Sequence record: SRR31156797_3395
Direction: 5' to 3' (one strand)
DNA: 58,011 bases
Each line of letters starts with the position of its first letter. Position 1 is the first letter of the stretch. The notes below the pieces were generated by a model that ran no database searches, was not told the origin of the DNA, and saw only the letters and a list, made by a program, of their open reading frames with translations. Positions 48,772 to 58,011 of this stretch are shown in pieces. The position numbers and the translations under genes were made by a program.

Positions 48772-49445
48772 TGAATATTGCATTTATACCAGTAAGATGT
48801 GGTAGCAAATCCATACCTTTTAAGAATATTAAAAATTTTTGTGGCAAACCTCTGGTATACTGGGTTACAAAAGCACTGGAGAATTGTGAAGTCATAGATC
48901 AAGTTGTCGTAGGTACCGACTGTGATGAAATAGGAACTATAGTTAATAACTTTAACTTTTCTAAAGTTGAAGTTTACGAAAGAGATTCTGAAAATGCTCA
49001 GGATTCTTCATCTACCGAATCAGTAATGTTAGAATATATCTCAAAGAGCAATTTAAAGGGAGATGATATATTCTTTTTAGTTCAGGCAACATCCCCCCTA
49101 ACACTTAGCACGGATTTCGAAAATGCTTTTACGCAGTTCAAAGATGCAAATGCAGACTCACTTCTTACTTGCGTTCAAGAGAAAGTTTTTATCTGGAACC
49201 CTAATGGGGCTCCTTATAATTACGATTATATGAATAGACCGAGACGTCAGGACTTTGATGGTGTTCTAATTGAAAATGGAGCATTCTATATCAATACTGT
49301 TGATAATATAATTCAACACAAAAACAGGCTATCTGGTAATATTACTATATATAAAATGCAGGAATTTCAGAATGTTGATATTGATGAGGAGGATGATTGG
49401 ATAATAGCTGAGAAGAAAATGAAAAAATATATACTTGGAAAATAA
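48771..49445 (+). CDS. neuA: Acylneuraminate (nonulosonate) cytidylyltransferase
   Basis: IPVRCGSKSIPFKNIK, QATSPL, RPRRQD, ENGAFY, DID; no fused HAD domain. Confidence 0.9.
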   Translation: MNIAFIPVRCGSKSIPFKNIKNFCGKPLVYWVTKALENCEVIDQVVVGTDCDEIGTIVNNFNFSKVEVYERDSENAQDSSSTESVMLEYISKSNLKGDDIFFLVQATSPLTLSTDFENAFTQFKDANADSLLTCVQEKVFIWNPNGAPYNYDYMNRPRRQDFDGVLIENGAFYINTVDNIIQHKNRLSGNITIYKMQEFQNVDIDEEDDWIIAEKKMKKYILGK

Positions 49446-49448
49446 CAG

Positions 49449-50717
49449 GTGAAAATTAAATATATTTTACTTGAAAGACTAATCCTGATGGGAGTGGGCT
49501 TTGTCACTACTTTATACTTATCAAAAATCTTATCTATAGAAGATTTCGGCATACTCCAATATTCTTTATCAATTTTCATAATCTTATTTACGGCAGTTAG
49601 TTTCGGCATGGAAAGCTTTATAATGAAGGCCTATACATCCACAGATGAAATAGAGTACTACCATTCAGCAATAATTATAAGACTAGGTATAGCCGTTATT
49701 GTTTGTATAATAGCATTTTTATTATACAAACTGCTGCTGGATGATTTTTATCTATCTTTTTTAATATCTTTATCATTACCTTTATCATCATTCATGATTA
49801 TCAAAGTTTATTACCAGTCTATTGAAGATTTTAGGAAATTAATGGTCATTAATGTTGTCTCTGCGGTAGCATCTCTCGGAGCAAAGCTGATAATAGTTAT
49901 ATATTTTAATATAAACTACTTCGTATTCGCATTTCTCGTAGAATATCTCGTAGCAATAATCTTCATGTATAAGAAAGGACTGATGACTGCCGACTATCAA
50001 AAAGTCAAACGTAATATGTCAATAATACTTAGAAGTTCTTTTCCAATCCTGATCTCCTCTTTGAGTTTTATTTTATATACAAAGATTGACAGGATTATGA
50101 TTGGACGTATGTTAGGGATGTCATCTGTATCTATTTACTCTATTTCAAGTGCTCTGATAGACTATTCTATAATTGCAATAACTATCGGGCAGATGTATTA
50201 CAACCCAAAATTAACTAAATTATTCAACAAGGTGCCTGAAATACAGTTCAACCTTGAGCTACTTAACTTAACAAAGCTTTTCGTATTTTTGGCTTCAGTA
50301 ATTATTATGATTCAGGTACTAATTGCGCCAAAACTAATATCTGTCCTGTTTGGAGAAAGATACGAAGAAAGCATTGCTGTCTTTTTAATGCTGCTTCCTG
50401 TTATTTTCATAAAGTTTCTGGGAATGTTTAAGCCAATCTACTCTGTTATCAACAACTATCAGAAAATAGGCATGTATACATCCTCCATCGCCCTCTTGCT
50501 GAATATCATCTTTAACTATATTTTTATTAAAAAATTTGGTTTTCGCGGAGCAGCTTACGCAACAATACTATCTGTTACCTTTTCATTCTATATATCAAAT
50601 TTTTTATTCAAACCATTTAGAAAATACTTCTTTATTCAAAATAGAGCCCTGCTAGGAATCTTTGATTTTAAAAATCATTATAAAAACTTACAGAGAGTTT
50701 ATCATGACTGTCATTGA
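49449..50717 (+). CDS. wzx: O-antigen/polysaccharide flippase
   Basis: Many TM helices, FG..Y, KIDRIMIG, GAAYAT; GTG start. Confidence 0.85.
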   Translation: MKIKYILLERLILMGVGFVTTLYLSKILSIEDFGILQYSLSIFIILFTAVSFGMESFIMKAYTSTDEIEYYHSAIIIRLGIAVIVCIIAFLLYKLLLDDFYLSFLISLSLPLSSFMIIKVYYQSIEDFRKLMVINVVSAVASLGAKLIIVIYFNINYFVFAFLVEYLVAIIFMYKKGLMTADYQKVKRNMSIILRSSFPILISSLSFILYTKIDRIMIGRMLGMSSVSIYSISSALIDYSIIAITIGQMYYNPKLTKLFNKVPEIQFNLELLNLTKLFVFLASVIIMIQVLIAPKLISVLFGERYEESIAVFLMLLPVIFIKFLGMFKPIYSVINNYQKIGMYTSSIALLLNIIFNYIFIKKFGFRGAAYATILSVTFSFYISNFLFKPFRKYFFIQNRALLGIFDFKNHYKNLQRVYHDCH

Positions 50718-52011
50718 AATAATTAAAGATAACCACATGTGCATAGGGTGCGGGGTCTGCGTTGTAATATGCCCCACAGGGCATCTGGATATCTCATTCA
50801 ATAAAAAAGGGCATATAAATGTCTGCTCAACTGAAAAAAAATGCTTGGGTAACAAATGTGAATTATGCTTAAAAACATGCCCCTTTAACGACAATAACAT
50901 GAATGAAGATGAGCTTGCTAAGATTATACACAGTAGACTAGAGCATTCAGACAATGATATCGGCTCATATCATAATTGCTATGTAGGCTATAACAAAGAT
51001 GAAAGCTTGAGGATAAACTCTGCAAGCGGAGGAGCTCTAACAGCGGTTTTGCTTGAGCTGTTAAAAAGAAAAGATATAGACTACGTTGTAAACACTGTTC
51101 TCACTAATGAGAAAGAACCTATGTTCAAATACAATATCATTTCGAGTCCAGACGAACTTATAAAATCAGCAAAATCAGCATATTACCCGGTCAGTTTAAA
51201 TGAAGTTCTTATGAAAATAAAAAAGACTGAAGGCACTTTTGCAATTACAGCACTACCCTGTTTTGCAAAATCAATCAGACTTCTTTGTGAAATTAACCCA
51301 AGCCTCAAAAAAAAGATTAAATATGTAATGGGCATTGTTTGCAGCATGAATGTAAACAAACAGTTTCCAGAATATGTCGCAAAAGTCGCAGGAGTCTCTG
51401 CAAGTAAAATGAATTATGTAAGCTTCAGGCATAAAGACATCAACAGAAAAGCTAATGACCACAAACACATCGTCTATCATTCTAATAATCAGAGAGCTGA
51501 AGCTTTCTGGAGCGATGGTTTATTCATGCCATGGGGTGATAAATCCATGATGTTACCCCCTTGTAATTTTTGTGATGACCTTTTTGCTGAGCTGGCAGAT
51601 GCGTCATATATGGATGCGTGGCTTGATGAATACAGAAGTGATGGAAAAGGTACAAGTATAATAATATCACGAGAAAAATATTTAAGTGAAATCCTTGAAT
51701 TAATCTGCAATATAGATATAATTGATAAGGAATTGGTGATTGAAAGCCAACAAAATGGATTAATAAATAAAAGGCAATTTCTGAAGAAAAGGCTATATAT
51801 TGCTAAACAAATTTTGGATTATGTGCCAAATAAAAGAGTTGAACCTGAACCGACTTCTGGAAATGAATTAAAACAATACTTTCTTCAGATTACAAACCCA
51901 TTAAAAATGTGGCGGCTGTGGAATATTTTTAAGTTTAACTTAAAAGCTTACCGTTTATCTAAAAAACTTTATGGTATTATCTTATTTTTTGTTTTCAGAA
52001 TCAGGAGGTAG
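50704..52011 (+). CDS. FrhB/FdhB (F420 hydrogenase beta subunit) family Fe-S protein
   Basis: CIGCGVCVVICP and C..C..CLKTCP ferredoxin motifs, SASGG, KSAY, LPC, GIVC, CNFC.D, ADASYMDAW. Confidence 0.82.
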   Translation: MTVIEIIKDNHMCIGCGVCVVICPTGHLDISFNKKGHINVCSTEKKCLGNKCELCLKTCPFNDNNMNEDELAKIIHSRLEHSDNDIGSYHNCYVGYNKDESLRINSASGGALTAVLLELLKRKDIDYVVNTVLTNEKEPMFKYNIISSPDELIKSAKSAYYPVSLNEVLMKIKKTEGTFAITALPCFAKSIRLLCEINPSLKKKIKYVMGIVCSMNVNKQFPEYVAKVAGVSASKMNYVSFRHKDINRKANDHKHIVYHSNNQRAEAFWSDGLFMPWGDKSMMLPPCNFCDDLFAELADASYMDAWLDEYRSDGKGTSIIISREKYLSEILELICNIDIIDKELVIESQQNGLINKRQFLKKRLYIAKQILDYVPNKRVEPEPTSGNELKQYFLQITNPLKMWRLWNIFKFNLKAYRLSKKLYGIILFFVFRIRR

Positions 52012-52018
52012 ATTAAAA

Positions 52019-53263
52019 TTGAAAGTATTACTTGTTGGTGACCTTCGATCAGCCCACAACTGGGGTGCAAATAGCACAAGCGACATGCTACTAGAACTGA
52101 TTAACAGATATGTTGACTACACAGACATAGATTATATTGATTATAAAAGTTTTATGCAGGAAACTCCTGATGGCGGCTGGCCTGATCCAGCTACTTTTGA
52201 CTTAACTAAAATCAGGATAAAAAAGAAGATTAAAAAAATTCTTGGAATTAAACCAAAAAAACTTTTAAAACCTGTCAGCTCATTTCACGAAAAAAATATT
52301 ATCCCTGATGAGTATGACTCTTATCAGGAATTTGCAGAAGGAGTTCTGAAAGGTAAATATTTTCAGTATGAAAGGCAAAAAATTGAAAAAGCTGACCACA
52401 TAATAATTAATAGCGAAGGAAGTATTGTCCACTCACAAGAAAAATCTCCATACAGAAGAACAGCACGATTTGTACTTTTTATGGCTTATTTAGCTAAAGA
52501 AGTTTTTAAAAAGAAGGTTTCAATAATTAATCATACTGTTGACCCAAATAGCGAAAATATTGCTAGAATTATTAAAAATATTTACCCTAAAGTTGATAAA
52601 ATATATGTTAGAGAAGAATTTTCAGAGTCTTATCTGAAATCACTCGGCATTGCACCTGAAAAGATTAGTGTTATTCCTGATGCTCTTTTCTTATATAACA
52701 ATACATTAAATAAATCAAAAAATATCATGACTACAAAAAAATATATTTGCCTTGGGGACTCATCGACATCCCCTTACGTTACATGGGATATCATAAAAAC
52801 ATATCAGGAAATTATTCAACGCCTTAAAGATGCTGGATACGAAGTTTGTATTATCGATGGAAATAGTACAATTAGCCCTTATTTGGAGGAACTTGCTGAT
52901 ATTAACTCTTTAAAATATTACAACTATTACAACTGTTCATATAAAAAATTATATAATATATATCAGGGAGCAGAGATGTACATATCCGGCAGATACCACC
53001 CTTCTATACTTGCAGCACAAGCTGGATGCCCGCTCCTGCTCTGGTCAGCAGACAGCTACAAGACTAAGGGTCTCTCAAAGCTACTCGGATATAAAAACTT
53101 TTTTATGGATATCAACACTCTTGATAGCAATATAGATGAACTGATGAAACTCGTAAGTGAAATTAGTAATCAACAGCAGGAATTATCTAACTCACTATTT
53201 AGTCAATGCAGTATACTTGAAAAAAGACTCATAAAGGGTTTTGAGAATCTCAATGAATTTTAG
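52019..53263 (+). CDS. Polysaccharide pyruvyl transferase-like protein
   Basis: NWGA, EGS, VRE..S, PDALF, SGRYHPSI..A..GCP; AGGAGG RBS before TTG 52019. Confidence 0.75.
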   Translation: MKVLLVGDLRSAHNWGANSTSDMLLELINRYVDYTDIDYIDYKSFMQETPDGGWPDPATFDLTKIRIKKKIKKILGIKPKKLLKPVSSFHEKNIIPDEYDSYQEFAEGVLKGKYFQYERQKIEKADHIIINSEGSIVHSQEKSPYRRTARFVLFMAYLAKEVFKKKVSIINHTVDPNSENIARIIKNIYPKVDKIYVREEFSESYLKSLGIAPEKISVIPDALFLYNNTLNKSKNIMTTKKYICLGDSSTSPYVTWDIIKTYQEIIQRLKDAGYEVCIIDGNSTISPYLEELADINSLKYYNYYNCSYKKLYNIYQGAEMYISGRYHPSILAAQAGCPLLLWSADSYKTKGLSKLLGYKNFFMDINTLDSNIDELMKLVSEISNQQQELSNSLFSQCSILEKRLIKGFENLNEF

Positions 53264-54122
53264 TTTGTTTAAAAAGATAGTCAAAAGCTGGGTGCCACCT
53301 ATATTACTGGAAAAACAAAGGCAGTTAAGGGTATATAGTAACTTCATCTCTTACAAAAATACTACCAGTAAAAATTCACAGCTTAAGGATAAACATTCAG
53401 GCCAAAGATGCTTTATACTGGGCAGTGGTCCCTCTATAAAAAAGGAAGATTTATCAGTCTTGAAAGATGAAATAGTATTTGCCTTAAATAACTTTTATGT
53501 TCACAATGACTTTAAAACAATAGTTAACTCCAATATAGAAAAATATTATATGGTTGCCCCTATACATGCACCCCAGACTAATGAAGAATGGCAGCAGTGG
53601 TTTTGCGATATGGATAAAAATATCCCTGACAATGTTCAAATGCTAATGGGACTTGATAGCTATAAAGCAAACAGTAAGAGAATCTTTGAAAAAAATAATT
53701 TGTTTAAAAATAATGATGTCTTTTGGTTTTTTTCAGGCAGAGAGTATAAGAGTTCTGATTTAACCCTCAATGGTCTGGATATGCAAAATATTGTATATTC
53801 TGGAGAAACAGTAAGTATTTACGCTTTAATAGCAGCGATATATATGGGGTTCAGTGAAATATACTTGTTGGGTATGGATCATGACTACTTCTTATACGAT
53901 GATGAAAGTAACATGCGAATGTACAAAAGTGCTATACATCAGAAAGATGAATTTAAAAGAACATTTGGTGATGATTTCTACATCAGAGAATTCAAAAGAC
54001 AATATTTAATATTTCAGAAATACAAAGCATTCTACACACATACAAATGCTGAAATCATCAATCTCTCAGATGGAGGGATATTAAAACTATTCCCCAGACA
54101 AAAATTAAGTGATATCATATGA
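53253..54122 (+). CDS. Maf/DUF115-like protein, probable CMP-nonulosonate transferase
   Basis: RCFILGSGPSI, FALN, YMGFSEIYLLGMDH, INLS motifs resembling CstII/Maf-type folds. Confidence 0.65.
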   Translation: MNFSLFKKIVKSWVPPILLEKQRQLRVYSNFISYKNTTSKNSQLKDKHSGQRCFILGSGPSIKKEDLSVLKDEIVFALNNFYVHNDFKTIVNSNIEKYYMVAPIHAPQTNEEWQQWFCDMDKNIPDNVQMLMGLDSYKANSKRIFEKNNLFKNNDVFWFFSGREYKSSDLTLNGLDMQNIVYSGETVSIYALIAAIYMGFSEIYLLGMDHDYFLYDDESNMRMYKSAIHQKDEFKRTFGDDFYIREFKRQYLIFQKYKAFYTHTNAEIINLSDGGILKLFPRQKLSDII

Positions 54123-54790
54123 TTCTGAAAAAACTCATTAAAAACCCTTTGTTGGTCTGGCTATCGAGAACATATAAATCTATAATTATCGAAAAGAAGT
54201 ATAAGATCCACAACTTAAAAATTGGCTATATGAGCACTGCAGACCAGTGCCTGTTTGGTAACTACAATACAATATATGAAAATGTTAATCTCCATATGTG
54301 CTCACTCGGAGATATGACTTATATCTCTAAAAATACAAATATTAGCAGAGCAAAAATTGGCAAATACTGTAGTATCGGTCCAAACTGTTCAATCGGACTC
54401 GGAATGCATCCTTCTGCTGAATTCGTTTCCACACATCCTGCCTTTTTCTCAACAGTGAAACAGTCACAAATCAGCTTTGCCGATAAGTCATATTTTAATG
54501 AGTATGAAGAAATATCTATAGGTAACGATGTATGGATTGGTGCAAACGTTGTTATTATTGATGGTTGCGAAATCGGTGACGGTGCTGTTATTGCAAGTGG
54601 AGCTATCGTAACTAAAAATGTCCCACCTTATGCAATCGTGGGTGGTGTACCAGCAAAAGTTATAAAATTTCGTTTTAGTGACGATGAAATCCAATCTTTG
54701 CTTGAGGATAAATGGTGGAACAAAGATTTTGAGTTTATTAGAAATAACTATTTAAAATTTCATAGCATAAAAAAATATTTATCAAACTAA
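54119..54790 (+). CDS. Hexapeptide-repeat (CatB/Vat-like) O-acetyltransferase
   Basis: IGKYCSIG, STHP, IGNDVWIG, VPPYAIVGGVPAKVIK, KWW. Confidence 0.88.
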   Translation: MILKKLIKNPLLVWLSRTYKSIIIEKKYKIHNLKIGYMSTADQCLFGNYNTIYENVNLHMCSLGDMTYISKNTNISRAKIGKYCSIGPNCSIGLGMHPSAEFVSTHPAFFSTVKQSQISFADKSYFNEYEEISIGNDVWIGANVVIIDGCEIGDGAVIASGAIVTKNVPPYAIVGGVPAKVIKFRFSDDEIQSLLEDKWWNKDFEFIRNNYLKFHSIKKYLSN

Positions 54791-54810
54791 TTAAATAAAA
54801 GAAACATAAT

Positions 54811-55593
54811 ATGAACAAAAAGGCAAATCCCAAAATTAGCGTGGTTACTGTAGTTTATAATGGTGCATGCCGTCTGGAAAAAACTATTAAAAATGTTCTA
54901 TCACAAACATATGATAATATAGAATATATTATTGTTGATGGCAACTCTGACGATGGTTCACTAGAAATCATCAAAAAATATTCAAGTAACATTGCTAAAT
55001 TCATAACTGAGAATGACAACGGAATATACGATGCAATGAATAAAGGAATAGAGTTGGCATCTGGTGACTGGATTAATTTTATGAATGTAGAAGATTTATA
55101 CTATGATAACAATGTAATTAAAAATATCTTTGATAACAACGATCTCAGTGAGTTTACCGCTGTTTATGGTGATCATATTGTTGATTACGGCACATGCAAA
55201 TCCAGCAGAAGTGCCGGTAATCTTGAGCGGCTATATCGGGGTATGCAGTTCTCACATCAAAGCCTATTCACAAAACTTGAGTACCATAAAAACAACAAGT
55301 ATAATACTGATCTCAGAATAGCTGCAGACTTCAACTTTATATATAATACATACATTTCAGGTGAAAAATTCTACTATGCAAATCTGCCTGTTTCCATAAT
55401 AACAAATAATGGCTTATCTGATGTCAAGCGCTTTGAAAGCCTTAGAGAAGTTAGAAATATCATAATAAATAGAAAACCTAAATACTACTACAGGTTATTT
55501 TACTTATGGTTAAAGTTAAAGTTAGCAGGTATTGCAATATTGAAGAAAGTAATTCCAAAAAATATTAAAGATATTATACAAAGGTTAAAATGA
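54811..55593 (+). CDS. Glycosyltransferase family 2 (WcaE/WfgS-like, possibly fucosyltransferase)
   Basis: ISVVTVVYN, VDGNSDDG, GIYDAMNKG, HQS, AADF. Confidence 0.88.
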   Translation: MNKKANPKISVVTVVYNGACRLEKTIKNVLSQTYDNIEYIIVDGNSDDGSLEIIKKYSSNIAKFITENDNGIYDAMNKGIELASGDWINFMNVEDLYYDNNVIKNIFDNNDLSEFTAVYGDHIVDYGTCKSSRSAGNLERLYRGMQFSHQSLFTKLEYHKNNKYNTDLRIAADFNFIYNTYISGEKFYYANLPVSIITNNGLSDVKRFESLREVRNIIINRKPKYYYRLFYLWLKLKLAGIAILKKVIPKNIKDIIQRLK

Positions 55594-56810
55594 TTGATAG
55601 CTATAGCGGCCCAATAATAAATGTTGCTTTAATTTCATTTATGATATTGTTTAATATCATCTATTTGAGAAAGACGTTTGACCTCGTATTTCTATTTGTA
55701 AATGTGCACATTTCATCATTAATTTTCTTTATGTTTTTCCAATCAAGCCTTTTGCACCCTATAAGCTATAAGCTTTTTTTTCTTATATTAATTTATACTC
55801 TTGGTTTTGTATTTGGTTACTATCTACATTATGCAAAAAATAAATCAATAAAAAAGATTGAAAAAACCAAAGTCAGCCTTAAAAAACTATATTTTCTAAA
55901 TACTGCAGGACTCGTTACCTTTTGCCTTGCTTTTACATATGAGCTGCAACAAGCATCATGGGTACTACCTATTTTGGCAGATGATAAACTTTTAGCATAT
56001 TTAAACTTTCCAACTCACTTTGTACACTACCTTGTTGTATCAGGCATACCGATTAGCGGAGTTTTTGTATATATCGCCGAGCATTACAAATATAAACGCT
56101 TAACAATATATTTTTTTGTATTTATCATATTCGTATTACTCTTAGTCCAGCTTGCAAGAGCGGTGCTAATGGCTCAGCTGGTTACGATAATAATGATTTA
56201 TTATAAGGAAAACAAAATTAAACTTTCTTGGGCTAAGATAACACTGTTTATCAGTGCGCTAATGTTACTGATAACAATATTAGGTTATTTCAGGACGGGG
56301 GATACTTTACAAGTCTTATTAGATATCGGAGGAATGGAATCTTGGCCTTTATGGAGTGTCCCATTTGCTTGGGTTTATCTTTATTTCTCAACAACACTTG
56401 AAAATTTCAGAGATATCGTAACCTACTACAACGAATTTACTTATGGTGTCCAAACGATACTAAAGCCATTTGCTAATCTTTTACAGTTAAAAGATGCAGA
56501 ATTTTTTATTGTAAATTTAAAAGAAGTCTCTGCCGGAGGATTTAATACTGCAGGCTATTACATGCCTGTTTATGTTGACTACGGTTATTTAGGGTGGATA
56601 TACACCTTTGCTCTTGGTTATATTTCAAGAAAGATCTTAGTATCAAAAAACTTAGCCGTATATTTATTCTCTACATTCTGGACATACTGCATCTTCACAT
56701 CCTCTATCAACAGCTATTTTAATGCTTTTTTTACATATATTTATTTCACATATTATTTCTTAATAGTAAAAGTCGCCTCTAACAGATTAACAAGTAAAAA
56801 TATCGAATAA
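55590..56810 (+). CDS. wzy: O-antigen/oligosaccharide repeat unit polymerase
   Basis: About 10-11 TM helices, periplasmic loop, YLYF, FNT, YVDYG motifs; position in locus. Confidence 0.75.
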   Translation: MIDSYSGPIINVALISFMILFNIIYLRKTFDLVFLFVNVHISSLIFFMFFQSSLLHPISYKLFFLILIYTLGFVFGYYLHYAKNKSIKKIEKTKVSLKKLYFLNTAGLVTFCLAFTYELQQASWVLPILADDKLLAYLNFPTHFVHYLVVSGIPISGVFVYIAEHYKYKRLTIYFFVFIIFVLLLVQLARAVLMAQLVTIIMIYYKENKIKLSWAKITLFISALMLLITILGYFRTGDTLQVLLDIGGMESWPLWSVPFAWVYLYFSTTLENFRDIVTYYNEFTYGVQTILKPFANLLQLKDAEFFIVNLKEVSAGGFNTAGYYMPVYVDYGYLGWIYTFALGYISRKILVSKNLAVYLFSTFWTYCIFTSSINSYFNAFFTYIYFTYYFLIVKVASNRLTSKNIE

Positions 56811-56894
56811 AACACAGCTTAGCTTGTTTTATTTATATCGAAATGATACTAACTAAGATAAGTATATATCTCATAAAATAGTTAAGAGGACAAA

Positions 56895-57995
56895 ATGGCA
56901 ATCATTTATGATAATATAATTTTCTCACTCCAGAAAGCAGGAGGAATTTCTGCATACTGGACTGAGCTTATAAAAAGATTAGTAAAAAATAATATTGATG
57001 TCACTTTTCTTGAGAGTGACAATTCAAATATATTCAGAAAATACATCGTAATTTCAACAACTAAAGAAAGCAGATTAAGCTTTAAGCTGCTTAGATACCT
57101 ACCTATAAAGAAGAAACTCCCTCCTAAATCTATAGTTCATAGCAGCTATTTCAGAACTTCAAAACAGAGCAATGTGGCAAATGTAATCACCGTATATGAC
57201 TTTACTTATGAGTATTTCAAAAGTGGAATCGTTAAGCATATTCACACATTTCAAAAATATAACGCTATAAGAAAAGCAGACGGGATTATATGCATCTCAG
57301 AAAGCACAAAAAAAGATTTATTAAAGTTTGTACCAGAAGTTACGGAAGATAAGGTAAAAACTATATACATAAGTGCCAGTGAAGAATTTCACATAATACC
57401 TGACATAGAAGAAAAGATAAAAAAAACAGATTTCGCAGATTTGCTTGAAAAAAAATTTTTACTATATGTCGGCGATAGAAAAAGCTCCTACAAAAATTTT
57501 CAGATGGCAATTGACGCAGCTAAAATTTTAGATGATTTCTTCTTGATTTTTGTTGGTGCAGGTGATGCTAGTCATGAGGAGCTTAGTGTACTTGATAGCA
57601 AAATACCTGGCAGGTATCGACATATCAATGGTGTCTCATCTACAGAGTTAAACTACATCTATAATAAAGCCTTTTGTTTACTCTATCCGTCAAGCTATGA
57701 AGGTTTTGGTATTCCAATTCTGGAAGCTATGAAAGCTGGCTGCCCTGTAATATCTACCAATGTATCTTCTATTCCTGAAGTTGCAGGCGATGCTGCAATA
57801 CTTATCGACAACTTAACAGCAGACAACCTTGTGAGCTCTGTCAAAAAGCTTGAGGATGATTCCTTCAGAGAAGAAATCATTAATAATGGCTTAATCCAGC
57901 AGGCTAATTTCAGTTGGGACCAATGCTATAGTGAAACAATGAAATTTTATGATAAAATACTGCGATCTAAATTTGGAGCGTTGAATCGCCCCTAG
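56895..57995 (+). CDS. Glycosyltransferase family 4 (MtfB/WbaZ-like)
   Basis: GGIS, TVYD, ISESTKKD, YKNF, YPSSYEGFGIPILEAM, PEVAGDAA, FSW. Confidence 0.92.
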   Translation: MAIIYDNIIFSLQKAGGISAYWTELIKRLVKNNIDVTFLESDNSNIFRKYIVISTTKESRLSFKLLRYLPIKKKLPPKSIVHSSYFRTSKQSNVANVITVYDFTYEYFKSGIVKHIHTFQKYNAIRKADGIICISESTKKDLLKFVPEVTEDKVKTIYISASEEFHIIPDIEEKIKKTDFADLLEKKFLLYVGDRKSSYKNFQMAIDAAKILDDFFLIFVGAGDASHEELSVLDSKIPGRYRHINGVSSTELNYIYNKAFCLLYPSSYEGFGIPILEAMKAGCPVISTNVSSIPEVAGDAAILIDNLTADNLVSSVKKLEDDSFREEIINNGLIQQANFSWDQCYSETMKFYDKILRSKFGALNRP

Positions 57996-58011
57996 TTTTG
58001 TAGAGACTTCT

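Noticed and set aside
50704-52011. A real F420-reducing hydrogenase linked to hypAB
   Set aside because: No large or small hydrogenase subunits nearby; the gene sits inside a glycan operon where this family is known to occur
54119-54790. Antibiotic resistance acetyltransferase (CatB/Vat)
   Set aside because: Same fold, but its context between glycosyltransferases indicates glycan O-acetylation
1-58011. tRNA, rRNA, riboswitch, prophage or defence-system genes
   Set aside because: Intergenic spaces are short and I found no cloverleaf, rRNA signature, integrase or defence-gene motif by eye; an Infernal/tRNAscan run would be needed to exclude them fully

Overview
Bacterial chromosomal window, almost entirely coding (about 60 CDS). 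The protein styles and gene mix suggest an anaerobic Gram-negative, most likely Deferribacterota (Denitrovibrio-like); this is an inference from recalled protein resemblance, not a search. Positions 1-40.8 kb hold mostly housekeeping genes: rlmE, larB, rsmI, serS, bamD, rimO, ribF, uvrD/pcrA, a CLC channel, cysE-Rrf2-iscS, nth, an mltD-like gene, kdsD-kdsA, folE2, rnhB, hypAB, coaE and a tRNA nucleotidyltransferase. They also include an ArsR-TolC-MFP-RND-DUF2892 efflux cluster interrupted by an AT-rich initiating glycosyl-phosphotransferase gene that has its own promoter. From about 41 kb to the end is a visibly AT-rich Wzx/Wzy-type surface polysaccharide locus that probably continues past the window: manC, manB, gmd, fcl, an Rmd-like SDR, a NeuB-SAF-TIM-barrel fusion, NeuA, wzx, an FrhB-like Fe-S protein, a pyruvyl-transferase-like protein, a Maf/CstII-like protein, an O-acetyltransferase, GT2, wzy and GT4. 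The most interesting items are (1) a possible non-canonical nonulosonic-acid pathway with no NeuC, aminotransferase or phosphatase, built around the NeuB-TIM fusion; (2) the FrhB-like plus pyruvyl-transferase-like pair; (3) a loop-deleted, probably CC-adding tRNA nucleotidyltransferase; (4) a dispersed family of ~85-95 bp palindromic intergenic elements; and (5) an Sm-like ORF coupled to a NUDIX hydrolase. I saw no rRNA, tRNA, CRISPR array, transposase or prophage gene.
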